NCBI RefSeq assembly: GCF_000341395.1
Contig: NC_020304.1
Span: 870,001-902,000 of the forward strand
Origin: Desulfocapsa sulfexigens DSM 10523
GTDB lineage: Bacteria; Desulfobacterota; Desulfobulbia; Desulfobulbales; Desulfocapsaceae
Direction of reading: 5' to 3'
Length of the DNA stretch: 32,000 bases
Every line of letters starts with the position of its first letter. Position 1 is the first letter of the stretch. The position numbers and the translations under genes are program-made. Below are positions 8,284-18,621 of the stretch, in pieces. The notes beneath the pieces were generated by a model. It was not told the origin of the DNA, ran no database searches, and was given only the letters and a program-made list of their open reading frames with translations.

Positions 8284-10263
8284 ATGACAAAAAGATATTA
8301 TCCACTTCTCTGTGCACAACTTTTTACCATTGCGGTCGTACCAGGTATTTCTGCAGCAGAGACAAATTCCACAACACTGATGGAAGAAGTTGTTGTCACC
8401 GCCAGCCGAACAGAAGAGAGCAGGGCCACAGTCAGTTCGAATATCAGCATCATCAGCGAAGACGATATTCGCCAATCCGCATCAGACAATGTGGCTGATC
8501 TACTGGCCGAACAGTCCATTGCCACCATCAAGAAATATCCCGGAACACTCACATCCATTGCCCTGCGTGGCTTCTCAACTGACACCCACGGGAACGACCT
8601 TCAGGGACATGTTCTGGTTCTCCTCGACGGGCGCCGTGCAGGAACCGGCAATCTTGCAAAAATTCTTACTAAAAACGTAGCGCGAATCGAGGTTATTCGT
8701 GGCCCCGGAGCTGTACAGTATGGGTCGGCAGGAATGGGCGGAGTCGTCAATGTCATAACAAAAAGAGCAACTGACAATTCGATTTTCACCGAGGCCTACG
8801 GTGGATCCTTTGACACTGCTGAAGGAAGTATCGGTGGATCTTTCCTGAAAGATGGTGTTGATTTTACCGGTTCCTACACATACGGAACCACTGGCGACTA
8901 TGACACAGGCAACGACGAGCACTATCGGAACAGCGGAATTAACTACGAAACCGGAATGAGTACCAATCTCGGCTATTCATTCTCAGAGCTAAACCGAATC
9001 GGACTGATTTTTACCCGTTTTGAGGTAGATGAAGCAGGGACCCCTGGTTTTCTGAACAGGAACGATCTGGATGACTACTCAAACAAAGAGAACTATTCCG
9101 CAGACCTCAATTTTGAAGGACAGTGTCCGCTGACAGAATCGAGAATTTTCGCCCGTTACTTCTTTGGCCAGGACGAAAACAGCTGGATGGATCCTACGGT
9201 TTCCAACCCCAGCGGCTGGAATGATGGGCAGCTGTCGAAAAACAAAACGGACCAACAGGGAGCACAATTTCAACTCAGCCGTGCTCTTGGCCTTGCGACT
9301 CTCACAGCTGGATTTGACTGGTTAGATTATGAAGTAGAAAACAGCTGGACACCAAACACAACTGAATACTCCAACTCTGCCATCTTTCTACTCAGCAGGC
9401 TCTCCTTCCTTGAAGATCGACTCAGTGCAAACATTGGACTGCGTTACGACTGGTATGATGTTGCAGTCACGAACCCGGCAGGGCACAATGCTGATGACAG
9501 CCATTTCACCCCTCAGTTTGGTGTCGCCTGGATGGTGAGCGATACATTGAAACTGAGAGCCCAATACGGAGAGGCCTTTATGATGCCTTCCGCTGACCAG
9601 ATGAGTGCCGATTACTCCAGTTTTGGTTCAAGAGTCGTTGGAAATCCTGGTCTTTCCCCCGAAAAAAGTGCTACCTGGGAGGGCGGTGTGGATTATGGTC
9701 AGAATGGATTCACTGGATCACTCACCTATTTCCATACGGATTTCAAAGACAAAATTGTCAGTGATCCCCTTCTCGATGGATCAAGGAGTTGGAAAAACCT
9801 CGGCGATGCAACCATTTCCGGTATTGAAGCGGAATTTGCCTATGATATCGGCCTGCCACTTGGCCTGGCCTGGGAAGTCCGTCCTTATCTCAATATGACC
9901 ATCCTTACCCGGTATGATGATGAGCAGAGCGGAGAGGATCTTCAAAATATCAGCGCCACGAATTATTCTGCAGGTGTCGTAGTCAACGACGGTGATGGAA
10001 TCTTTTGCCGTCTCAATACTGCCTATTCTGGAAGCCAGAATATTAAGGACTATGAATCAGACTTTCCCTACCGGAATGGCACATTGGATTCTCATATCGT
10101 GACAGACCTGACAGCCTCCTATCGCTTCTATGAAGATTCACGTTTGGGTAGCTTTACTCTACGGGGCGAGTTACAAAATATCTTCGACCAGGACTACGCC
10201 TATGTCAAAGGATACCCCATGCCAGGTCGCGGTTTCTATGCCGGACTCCGCTGGGATTTTTGA
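8284..10263 (+). CDS. btuB: TonB-dependent outer-membrane receptor, BtuB-like
   Basis: RBS-like aagaggaaag then MTKRYYPLLCAQLFTIAVVPGISAAE signal peptide; EEVVVTASRTEE TonB-box region, plug (VARIEVIRGPGAVQYGSAGMGGVVNVITK), and C-terminal FYAGLRWDF. Directly under the B12 riboswitch. Confidence 0.88.
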   Translation: MTKRYYPLLCAQLFTIAVVPGISAAETNSTTLMEEVVVTASRTEESRATVSSNISIISEDDIRQSASDNVADLLAEQSIATIKKYPGTLTSIALRGFSTDTHGNDLQGHVLVLLDGRRAGTGNLAKILTKNVARIEVIRGPGAVQYGSAGMGGVVNVITKRATDNSIFTEAYGGSFDTAEGSIGGSFLKDGVDFTGSYTYGTTGDYDTGNDEHYRNSGINYETGMSTNLGYSFSELNRIGLIFTRFEVDEAGTPGFLNRNDLDDYSNKENYSADLNFEGQCPLTESRIFARYFFGQDENSWMDPTVSNPSGWNDGQLSKNKTDQQGAQFQLSRALGLATLTAGFDWLDYEVENSWTPNTTEYSNSAIFLLSRLSFLEDRLSANIGLRYDWYDVAVTNPAGHNADDSHFTPQFGVAWMVSDTLKLRAQYGEAFMMPSADQMSADYSSFGSRVVGNPGLSPEKSATWEGGVDYGQNGFTGSLTYFHTDFKDKIVSDPLLDGSRSWKNLGDATISGIEAEFAYDIGLPLGLAWEVRPYLNMTILTRYDDEQSGEDLQNISATNYSAGVVVNDGDGIFCRLNTAYSGSQNIKDYESDFPYRNGTLDSHIVTDLTASYRFYEDSRLGSFTLRGELQNIFDQDYAYVKGYPMPGRGFYAGLRWDF

Positions 10264-10392
10264 GGCAGCGGGGAATGAAGCGAACATTTTGACTTGAAGC
10301 CCTGAAAAGAGTACATTCAGGGCTGCTGTCATTTACAATTTCACTCAATTTCCCAGCCTATAGATGGCGATGGATCAGCCAAAGGAATCAAT

Positions 10393-11250
10393 ATGCATCA
10401 GTATGGATATATCGGCCGCAAATTGCGCGTCCCGAAACTCAAGAACAAACCAGCCATTATCATGGTCACCTTTGGTACCAGCAGTCAGGCAGAAAGGCCA
10501 CTGGGCCTGTTTCAGCAGCAGGTGGAAAAACAATTTGGGGAATACGAAACCTTCTGGGCGTACAGCTCAAACATCATCTGCAGAAAAAAGAAACTGCCGA
10601 GCCTGCAGCAGACCCTTGCAACTGTAGAGGCTGCAGGATTTCGTAAAGCTGTGGTTCAGCCCCTGCATATATTTCCGGGAACTGAGTATCAGCAGATGGC
10701 AGAGACCTGCGAATATTTCCCTGGCATTCGGGTTTTCCTCAGTGAAACCTTACTGCACCGCTGGAGCTTTGTTAAAGAGACCCTGGCCGTGGTTGAAAAG
10801 GAGTTTCTCGCTCCGGCAGAAGGCCTTAATATCCTGGCCCTCCATGGGACTCCCCTGGTTGCAGACCCGGTCAACAGCGGCTATCTCGGTCTTGAAAAAC
10901 TCGTTACAGACCGCTACCCGAACGTGCTCGCCGCATCCCTTGAGGGAGTGCCTGACAGTGACGCGGTATTTGCCGGAATACAAAACAAAAATATGGCCGA
11001 AAAGTATCGACAGATAAAAATAATTCCCATGATGTACCTGGCTGGAATGCACGCTGAAGAAGACCTTATGGCCCCAAAGAAAGTTGATAGCTGGCGTGTT
11101 ATCCTTGAATCCATGGGATTTGCTGTGGAATGTCCGATGGTTCAACATGGTAAAAAAGACTTTTTCAAGGGCCTTGCCTACTACCCGGAAATCATCTCAT
11201 TCTTCACGGACCGATTGCAACGAACCCTTGAAATAGCTGAGACCTACTAA
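10393..11250 (+). CDS. cbiK: Sirohydrochlorin cobaltochelatase, CbiK family
   Basis: KPAIIMVTFGTSSQAERPLGLF...ILALHGTPL...IKIIPMMYLAGMHAEEDLMA..., CbiK-like chelatase motifs; B12-regulated context. Confidence 0.87.
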   Translation: MHQYGYIGRKLRVPKLKNKPAIIMVTFGTSSQAERPLGLFQQQVEKQFGEYETFWAYSSNIICRKKKLPSLQQTLATVEAAGFRKAVVQPLHIFPGTEYQQMAETCEYFPGIRVFLSETLLHRWSFVKETLAVVEKEFLAPAEGLNILALHGTPLVADPVNSGYLGLEKLVTDRYPNVLAASLEGVPDSDAVFAGIQNKNMAEKYRQIKIIPMMYLAGMHAEEDLMAPKKVDSWRVILESMGFAVECPMVQHGKKDFFKGLAYYPEIISFFTDRLQRTLEIAETY

Positions 11251-11255
11251 AGCAC

Positions 11256-12110
11256 ATGTACAGACAACTCTTTGTCTTTTTCTTTTTTGTCCTATGTCTC
11301 TTCGGATCTCCTGTACAGGGGGCCGATGTCACATATCCTCAGCGCATAGTCTCCCTGGGGCCAATCAATACCGAAAACGTCTTCCTTCTGGGGGCTGGTG
11401 ATCGCCTTGTCGCCAATACCAGCTACTGCGTCCGCCCAGAGGCCGCTAAAGCCAGAGAAAAGATAGGTTCTGTAATGCAGGTTTCCATTGAAAAGATTAT
11501 TGGGCTACAACCTGACCTGGTACTGGCAACCGGCCTAACCTCGATGCAGCAAATTAAGCAGCTGGAGTCCGTTGGCATTAACGTTGTTCAGTTCAAGCAG
11601 CCATCATCTTTAGCGGATATCTGTACCCAGTTCCTCCTCCTCGGCCAGCTCCTTGGCCTTGAAAACCGGGCAAAAGCGCTCATTTCTGAAACAAAGGAAA
11701 GACTGAATAATCTTGAGAAGAAAATTGCCGGGGCGCCACCGCAGAAGGTCTTTCTTCAGGTAGGTTCCCAGCCACTATTCTCCTCGGTACCAAGCTCCTT
11801 CACCAATGACTTTATTGTCCTTGCCGGCGGCAGTAACATCGCAGCAGATCAGCAAAAAGGTACCACAAATTATGAAAAAGTGATCGCTGCCAACCCCGAT
11901 GTGATTATCATAGCCATGATGGGATCCGAAAGTGGTATTGCCTCAAAAGAACGTGAGCGATGGATGGAGATGCCTGTCATCAGTGCAGTGCAAAACAATC
12001 GGGTACATGTGATCAATCCTGACATCGCCTGCAGTCCTTCACCCGCGACCTTTACCGACACTCTTGAGATCATGGCCCGTCTGATTCACCCTGAACTCTA
12101 CACCCCATAA
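11256..12110 (+). CDS. Periplasmic binding protein for ABC-type corrinoid/metal-chelate uptake, BtuF-like
   Basis: Signal peptide; YPQRIVSLGPINTENVFLLGAGDRLVANTSYC...KIIGLQPDLVLATGLTSMQQIKQLESVGINVV, BtuF/FhuD-like fold motifs. Confidence 0.85.
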   Translation: MYRQLFVFFFFVLCLFGSPVQGADVTYPQRIVSLGPINTENVFLLGAGDRLVANTSYCVRPEAAKAREKIGSVMQVSIEKIIGLQPDLVLATGLTSMQQIKQLESVGINVVQFKQPSSLADICTQFLLLGQLLGLENRAKALISETKERLNNLEKKIAGAPPQKVFLQVGSQPLFSSVPSSFTNDFIVLAGGSNIAADQQKGTTNYEKVIAANPDVIIIAMMGSESGIASKERERWMEMPVISAVQNNRVHVINPDIACSPSPATFTDTLEIMARLIHPELYTP

Positions 12111-12114
12111 AACC

Positions 12115-12729
12115 ATGAGAATTTACGAAATCATCCAAAGCGGTGGCCCGGTGATGTGGCCACTGCTCCTCTGTTCCGTGACGGTATGCACCGTTGTTCT
12201 GGAACGCAGTTTCTTCTGGATTTCCATCCAGCGCAGACGTAACCGTAAGCTGACGGATGAAGTCCTGACTCTTGCAGAAAGTGCTGACTGGAAGCTAATC
12301 CGTGAAAAAGTAACCGGCTGTCAAGACCATATCATCCGACTGCTGGTGGTTGGTATTCTGCACAGAGATTATGATATGGGCCGGGCCATGGAAGCTGAGG
12401 CGAACTTGATGATTCAGCGAATGAACCGCTTTATGCCAGTACTGGATACCATGATCACGGTGGCACCTCTGCTTGGAATATTCGGAACGGTACTCGGAAT
12501 CATCGGATCCTTTAAGATCCTTGGCAACAGTGGCATTGCCGATCCGAAGCTGGTCACATCCGGCATCGCCCAGGCACTCATCACAACTGCGGCAGGACTT
12601 GGCATCTCTATCATCGCGGTGATCCCCTACAACTACTTCAATACCCGAATAAACCGAGCAGTTCATGTGATGGAAAAGTATGCAACCAACCTGGAAGTGG
12701 TTTATGAAAAGCTGGACACCCCATCATGA
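12115..12729 (+). CDS. exbB: MotA/TolQ/ExbB proton channel family protein
   Basis: TM segments and LDTMITVAPLLGIFGTVLGIIGSFKIL...VTSGIAQALITTAAGLGISIIAVIPYNYF. Confidence 0.92.
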   Translation: MRIYEIIQSGGPVMWPLLLCSVTVCTVVLERSFFWISIQRRRNRKLTDEVLTLAESADWKLIREKVTGCQDHIIRLLVVGILHRDYDMGRAMEAEANLMIQRMNRFMPVLDTMITVAPLLGIFGTVLGIIGSFKILGNSGIADPKLVTSGIAQALITTAAGLGISIIAVIPYNYFNTRINRAVHVMEKYATNLEVVYEKLDTPS

Positions 12730-13139
12730 AAATTAAAGCTCAAGCAATCAAGGCACCGCGTATCGAGATGCTGCCACTCATCGATGTTGTCTTTCTGCTA
12801 CTGGTTTTCTTTATTTACGCAATGCTTTCCATGGCAGTGCATCGGGGAATGCAGCTTGATCTTCCGGAATCAACAGAGGCAACTGACAGTCATGAAAGCC
12901 CGTTTTCATTAACCATTCGTAGTGATGATAAAGATATGACACTTTTTCTCAATGAAAAACCTCTCCTCCTTTCTCAACTGGCTCAACATTTTGACTCAGT
13001 GGATACCAGCAACGGAAAAAAACCTTCAGTTCTTATTTTTGCAGACGAAAACATCAGCTACCAACAACTGTATCAGGTTCTCGATGAACTCAAAAAATGC
13101 GGGGTTTCGGATATTTCACTGCAGGCAAATCCGAAATAA
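12726..13139 (+). CDS. exbD: ExbD/TolR family biopolymer transport protein
   Basis: IEMLPLIDVVFLLLVFFIYAML...MQLDLPES; 4-nt ATGA overlap with exbB. Confidence 0.92.
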   Translation: MKIKAQAIKAPRIEMLPLIDVVFLLLVFFIYAMLSMAVHRGMQLDLPESTEATDSHESPFSLTIRSDDKDMTLFLNEKPLLLSQLAQHFDSVDTSNGKKPSVLIFADENISYQQLYQVLDELKKCGVSDISLQANPK

Positions 13140-13145
13140 GCTCCT

Positions 13146-13811
13146 GTGCGAAGATTTATCCCTGCCCTGATCCTTGCCCTTTGTCTCCACATCTTCTTAC
13201 TGATATCAAGGTTTCCACACCTTCCAACACTTCCGCCACGTTTAACCGGGCAAGAAAGTGTTACCATCAGCCTCAGTCCAGGCAGCAGTGTTGAAAAGCA
13301 AACAGAAACCGTAACAAAAGAAGAGCAGAGGAACACCATTGAAAAACCTGAGAAGGACGAGGCCGCAGTGGAAACGTCTGAGAAAATAAATACTCACGAC
13401 AAACAACCAGTCGTTTTAAAAAAAAAGGCTGTTCAGAAAATTGTCCACTCTCCCTCAGTCCCTGAACAGAAAAAGGCAGGGGTACAGAACAGTGCCAGAC
13501 CGAGAGAGGAGAGTGAACTACCTGCTGTTCCCATCCTCGTAAAGGCCTCACCGCACTATGCAAGCAATCCAAAGCCGGAATATCCCGCACTGGCCCGCCG
13601 TCGCAACCAGCAGGGAACTGTTATGGTATCTGTAACTGTTTCAGAAAAAGGAGTTCCAGACAGGGTCAGCCTCCACAAAAGCAGCGGTTATCCACTGCTG
13701 GACAAATCTGCTCTGAAGGCAGTCACCTTATGGCACTTTCTTCCAGGAACGACAGCTGGCCATCCCGTTGCCACGGAGGTACTGATCCCGGTACATTTCA
13801 AACTTCATTAG
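13146..13811 (+). CDS. tonB: TonB-like energy transducer
   Basis: GTG start; N-terminal TM, Pro/Lys/Glu-rich spacer, C-terminal NPKPEYPALARRRNQQGTVMVSVTVSEKGVPDRVSLHKSSGYPLLDKSALKAVTLWHF. Confidence 0.92.
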   Translation: MRRFIPALILALCLHIFLLISRFPHLPTLPPRLTGQESVTISLSPGSSVEKQTETVTKEEQRNTIEKPEKDEAAVETSEKINTHDKQPVVLKKKAVQKIVHSPSVPEQKKAGVQNSARPREESELPAVPILVKASPHYASNPKPEYPALARRRNQQGTVMVSVTVSEKGVPDRVSLHKSSGYPLLDKSALKAVTLWHFLPGTTAGHPVATEVLIPVHFKLH

Positions 13812-14102
13812 CCCACATTTCTCATATGTCGTTAACCGGCAGTCCCGATAATTCTATAAACAAAGACTGTCAGGAAATGAATGGTGGAACCGTTCATCTA
13901 CGGAAAGACACCATATCACCTTGAGACTTTAATGATAAATTTCTTAATAATTTTCATAAAAGTCCTGTTATTGCGCAAGAAATAACGACCTGATTGAGGT
14001 TATAGTTGATGGAAACTCTACTCTATATTATTGTCGACAAGCTACAAAAAGAAAGGCACCTCACTTGCCAGCGTAACCATTTGATACAAAAAGGGAAAAA
14101 CT

Positions 14103-16682
14103 TTGCTTCGAGTAAACATTCTAATCTGCATTGTTGTTGCGCTAATCTGTACAGGTTTATGGGCCATTATGAACAGGCCCGGACAGGAGCCTGTCTGGCC
14201 GTCGCGGATACAGGGCTTTTCCTTTTCTCCTCTGCGAGAGGGCGACAATCCTTCTAAAGGCCAACTCCCCTCTGAAGAAGAAATCGAGGCAGACCTGGCC
14301 CTCCTTGCCAATAAAACAAACGCCATTCGTACCTATACAGTAAACGGAGTTTATGAAAGCATCCCGCGTCTTGCCTACAAACACAACATCAATGTTGCCC
14401 TTGGTGCCTGGCTCGACAAGGATCTCGAGAAAAATGAGAAGGAGATAGCACAACTCATAAAAATAGCCAGAGAAAATTACCGAAATGTTGTTCGTGTGGT
14501 AGTCGGCAATGAAACCGTACTTCGTGGAGACCTCACCGTAAAACAACTCAATTCCTACCTTGATCGGGTACAAGCGGCCCTTGACATACCTGTAGGTACA
14601 GCAGAACCATGGCATATCTGGATAAAAGAACCATCACTTGGAGAACATGTAGACTACATCGGAGCCCATATGCTTCCCTACTGGGAAGGAATAGAACTGC
14701 AGCGGGCAGTGGGACATGTCACAAACCGGACAAGTCTACTCATGGAAAAATTTCCAAACAAACCTGTAGCTATTATGGAAGTTGGCTGGCCCAGCAATGG
14801 CCGAACCATCGGCAGAGCCCAGGCCTCCCCCTCCAACGAGGCCACATTTCTACGACGTTTTCTCAAGCGCGCCGAAAAGGAAAAATACGTCTACTACGTA
14901 ATGGAAGCCTTTGATCAGCCGTGGAAGCAGGCCAGCGAAGGAGCTGTCGGTGCATACTGGGGAGTTTACGACCTGAACCGGCATCCTAAGTTCCCCTTTG
15001 ACGCAGCAATCATCAGTATTCCTGAGTGGAAGCTGTTGGCTGGTATTTCTGTACTGATCGCCTTTATGACTTCAGCCCTGCTCTTTATTGACAGTCGCTC
15101 TCTCAGCAGTCGGGGACGCGGCTTTCTGACCGTCATTGCCTTTTCAGCGGCGTCTATGGCGGTATTGATAATCTATAATTATTTTCATCAGTACCTCACT
15201 GTTTCCACCACACTAATCGGAGTGATGCTGGTAACCGGAATGACAGGAGTTGTCCTGGTTCTGCTGACAGAGGCCCATGAGTGGGCTGAGGCAACCTGGA
15301 TCGCATATCCGCGCCGACCGTTCATACCAATAATAGTTCCCGACCAGGAGCTTCCCATGGTGTCGATCCATGTCCCAACTTACAACGAACCACCGGACAT
15401 GATGAAAGAAACGCTCCAGGCTCTTTCACGGCTCGATTACCCGAACTTCGAGGTCATCGTCATTGATAACAACACCAAGGATCCGAATGTCTGGCAACCA
15501 GTCGCCGAATTCTGTAAACAGCTTGGGCCACGCTTCAGATTTTTTCATGAAGATCCCTTACCAGGATTCAAAGCCGGGGCACTTAACTTTACCCTTGCCA
15601 AGACCGCTCCCGAGGCGGAAGTTGTGGCGGTTATCGACAGTGATTACGCTGTAGAACCCCAGTGGCTTCGTGAGCTGGCTTCACAGTTCACCGATACCCT
15701 GGTGGCTATTGTCCAGGCACCACAGGATTATCGTGACAGCAAAGAGAGTTTGTTCAAGTCAATGTGTTATTCTGAATACAAGGGATTTTTTCTCATAGGC
15801 ATGGTGACAAGAAACGAGCGTAATGCCATTATCCAGCACGGCACCATGACCATGGTCAGACGTTCTGTGCTCGAGGATGTCAACGGTTGGGCCGAGTGGT
15901 GTATCACCGAAGATGCAGAACTGGGACTCAGAATTTTCGAGAAAGGCCACAAGGCCGTCTATATTGCAGAGAGTTACGGCAAGGGCCTCATGCCGGACAC
16001 CTTCAATGATTTCAAGAAGCAGCGTTTCAGGTGGGCATATGGAGCAGTACAGATTCTGCGACGTCATGCACAGGTATTGTTTCGTCATAGTGGCTCCGGA
16101 CTTACCAGAGGACAGCGTTACCACTTTATTGCCGGCTGGCTGCCATGGATTGCAGACAGCGCAAACCTCCTTTTCACTCTTTCTGCCCTTGTCTGGTCCG
16201 TTGCCATGGCCCTGTTCCCGGATAAAATCGAATCACCGCTGCTTATCCTAACAGCCCTGCCTCTGACACTTTTCATCTTCAAGCTTGCCAAAATGCTCTA
16301 TCTGTACCGCCAGCGGGTCAAGGCAAGTATTCTCCAGACTGTTGCCTCCGCCCTGGCAGGTCTTGCCCTGTCCCATACCATATCAAAAGCCATTCTGCTG
16401 GGATTTGTAACCTCCGGAATACCATTTGCCCGCACACCGAAAAATGCGGCTTCCCATGCCCTGCTGCGAGCGTTACAATCGGCAAGGGAAGAAGCCCTGA
16501 TCATGCTGGCTCTATGGCTTTCCGCCTATTCCGTCATGGTTATACCAAGGATGTACAATACGCCGGACACCCTGGTCTGGTTCACTTTTCTGCTCGTGCA
16601 GTCTATTCCCTACATGTCTGCAGTTTTCATGGCTATTATAAGTAGTTTTTCCACCCGTAAAAATGAGGAAATCACCCTGTAA
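14103..16682 (+). CDS. GH17-like domain fused to membrane GT2 glycosyltransferase (NdvB/cellulose-synthase-like beta-glucan synthase)
   Basis: GH17-like domain (IQGFSFSPLREGDNP...NAIRTYTVNG...VVVGNETVLRGDL...VAIMEVGWPSNG) followed by GT2 (VSIHVPTYNEPPDMMKETLQALSRLDYPNFEVIVIDNNTKD...AVIDSDYAVEPQWL...TEDAELGLRIFEKGHKAVYI...QKQRFRWAYG) and C-terminal TMs. TTG start as given in track. Confidence 0.88.
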   Translation: MLRVNILICIVVALICTGLWAIMNRPGQEPVWPSRIQGFSFSPLREGDNPSKGQLPSEEEIEADLALLANKTNAIRTYTVNGVYESIPRLAYKHNINVALGAWLDKDLEKNEKEIAQLIKIARENYRNVVRVVVGNETVLRGDLTVKQLNSYLDRVQAALDIPVGTAEPWHIWIKEPSLGEHVDYIGAHMLPYWEGIELQRAVGHVTNRTSLLMEKFPNKPVAIMEVGWPSNGRTIGRAQASPSNEATFLRRFLKRAEKEKYVYYVMEAFDQPWKQASEGAVGAYWGVYDLNRHPKFPFDAAIISIPEWKLLAGISVLIAFMTSALLFIDSRSLSSRGRGFLTVIAFSAASMAVLIIYNYFHQYLTVSTTLIGVMLVTGMTGVVLVLLTEAHEWAEATWIAYPRRPFIPIIVPDQELPMVSIHVPTYNEPPDMMKETLQALSRLDYPNFEVIVIDNNTKDPNVWQPVAEFCKQLGPRFRFFHEDPLPGFKAGALNFTLAKTAPEAEVVAVIDSDYAVEPQWLRELASQFTDTLVAIVQAPQDYRDSKESLFKSMCYSEYKGFFLIGMVTRNERNAIIQHGTMTMVRRSVLEDVNGWAEWCITEDAELGLRIFEKGHKAVYIAESYGKGLMPDTFNDFKKQRFRWAYGAVQILRRHAQVLFRHSGSGLTRGQRYHFIAGWLPWIADSANLLFTLSALVWSVAMALFPDKIESPLLILTALPLTLFIFKLAKMLYLYRQRVKASILQTVASALAGLALSHTISKAILLGFVTSGIPFARTPKNAASHALLRALQSAREEALIMLALWLSAYSVMVIPRMYNTPDTLVWFTFLLVQSIPYMSAVFMAIISSFSTRKNEEITL

Positions 16683-16708
16683 GATCAGGATCACTTGATT
16701 CCGAAGAC

Positions 16709-18565
16709 TTATTCAGTGAGTCCGTGGGTTGAGTCGCTCTTTGTTCCCTCCAACACAATCTGCCCAGTGCTGGAGACGCCAGCACTTGGAGATAAAACAT
16801 GCTGCTTTCCCTGAAAGATGTCTATTCCCACCGTCAAGAAGCTATCCAGCCAGGTTGTGGAAACCAAGCACTCCGGTGAATTCTCACCACCTTTACAGAC
16901 ATGGACCACATCCTGCTCATCCACGACAAAATGCATCCCCCACAACGGACGAACTGCGCCATCCTCCATCGTCCCGGAATACTCAAGTATGGTCCTCTCA
17001 TTGATGCCAAGAAGTTTCACTATTTTTCCAGGTAGCTGGTAAAGGGGAATGGTACCCATATCCAGAGGACCCCGCCGTCCATCTATCACGATCAATGGAG
17101 TGGTTACATAAGTCAAAAACATTTCCGGGGTAAACTGATCCCTTGTTCCTGTCAGGGTTTCTGCCTCAACGAAGCCTCTATACCCGCCGCCAAGAAAAGG
17201 CAGATGGTCACCGAAAGCAACAATGATGCCATCAGGATCTCGGACTCGAAGATCTTCAACAAAATCCATCAACTCTTTCGACTTGTAATACATGGCATTG
17301 GCATAGGATTCAATCTCCGGTGTTTCACACCCTTCCTCACAGCGAACAACCTGCGGTCTTGACTGGTTCATCGGGTAAAGCTTTCCGCCAGCCCAGTGGC
17401 CAAAATAGGTAATAATATAGCTGAGCACAGGTTTATCTGGATCATTACGATTATCGAGCTTGTCGATTACCTGGCGATACAGAGATGAATCTGAAAGAAA
17501 ACCCAGGTTCATGTCATCAAGATTGAAATCATTAATTGACCAATAGGTATCAAAACCGATCCTTCGATATGCATTGATCCTATTCCAGAAAGAGGCGACA
17601 TTGGGATGAGAAGCCACACTGTCATAACCGTATCCCTTAAGAATGTCAGGCAGGCACGGCGCATCATTGGACATACGCCGCTCGAACTTGACATCATCAT
17701 AAACCACGGGAAAACCGCAAAGACTTTCAAATTCAGCATTAGCGGTATACCCCCCGAACACCGGACTCATAATGGCAGAATTGCCGGTGGCCTTCCACAT
17801 CTCTCTGAATCTGGGATCAAGGGGATCACGGTCAAAATCGATTGCCTTCAACCCTAAGGGATCCCAAAATGACTCAAGAAGGATAAAATGCACATTTCTC
17901 GGTGGAGGAGCCGGGGTACTCGCAGGAGTCGTCTTGCCAAGCAGGGCTTCAGAAGCGGCAAGTGCTGTTTTCCTATCCGGTGCCTGTTCGGAATCCCTGA
18001 AGAAACGTGCGGTCTCCTGGAGAGAATAAAGAGCTGCTCCCCGCCGCAGATAATTCTCCCGCTGATTCCAGACACTGTTGCCAAAACGTTTATCCAGATC
18101 TGCCACCACAGCTTCAGGATAAAATTTCAAACCAGCAGACAGGAGAATCGTTACGATCAAGACCATCCATGCAACCCGGCTGCGGAAGTGAAAATTAAAA
18201 ACCAGAAATCCTATCAAGGAAACCAGCGAACCAATAACCAGATAATAACGCCAACCGTCGAGAATCAGTATAAGTGATCTTAATGCATACACATCATCCG
18301 GCACCATCGGACCACCAAAAAACGACAGTTTGGCTGCATTGCCTACATAGAGAATGGCAATAAAAAGCCATTGCAGAGCGATGAATGCCCAGCAACGGCG
18401 GGACAGAAAAAAGAAGAGGTAGGAAATACCAAGCACAAGAGTAAAATCGACGTAAATGGCCTGCCGAAAGACAGTCACACCGAAAAAGCTGGAACTGACC
18501 ACATACGCCAAAGCGTAACCAATTATTGTGGAAAGAGTAGGTAGGAACAAAATAAGAATTCGCAT
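16709..18565 (-). CDS. LTA synthase/OpgB-family membrane-bound phosphoglycerol transferase-like sulfatase-fold protein
   Basis: Five N-terminal TM segments then HFILLESFWDPLG...FGGYTANAEFESLCGFP...YFGHWAGG...IIVAFGDHLPFLGGG, alkaline phosphatase superfamily motifs. Confidence 0.87.
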   Translation of the reverse strand: MRILILFLPTLSTIIGYALAYVVSSSFFGVTVFRQAIYVDFTLVLGISYLFFFLSRRCWAFIALQWLFIAILYVGNAAKLSFFGGPMVPDDVYALRSLILILDGWRYYLVIGSLVSLIGFLVFNFHFRSRVAWMVLIVTILLSAGLKFYPEAVVADLDKRFGNSVWNQRENYLRRGAALYSLQETARFFRDSEQAPDRKTALAASEALLGKTTPASTPAPPPRNVHFILLESFWDPLGLKAIDFDRDPLDPRFREMWKATGNSAIMSPVFGGYTANAEFESLCGFPVVYDDVKFERRMSNDAPCLPDILKGYGYDSVASHPNVASFWNRINAYRRIGFDTYWSINDFNLDDMNLGFLSDSSLYRQVIDKLDNRNDPDKPVLSYIITYFGHWAGGKLYPMNQSRPQVVRCEEGCETPEIESYANAMYYKSKELMDFVEDLRVRDPDGIIVAFGDHLPFLGGGYRGFVEAETLTGTRDQFTPEMFLTYVTTPLIVIDGRRGPLDMGTIPLYQLPGKIVKLLGINERTILEYSGTMEDGAVRPLWGMHFVVDEQDVVHVCKGGENSPECLVSTTWLDSFLTVGIDIFQGKQHVLSPSAGVSSTGQIVLEGTKSDSTHGLTE

Positions 18566-18621
18566 TGTATTAATGGGTTAGATATGAGAAAAGTGGAATC
18601 GAGGAAAATGGAGCTTTACTT

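Noticed and set aside
16298-16694. Minus-strand ORFs at the end of the glucan synthase gene
   Set aside because: Antisense overlap with TM-rich GT2 C-terminus; no motifs.
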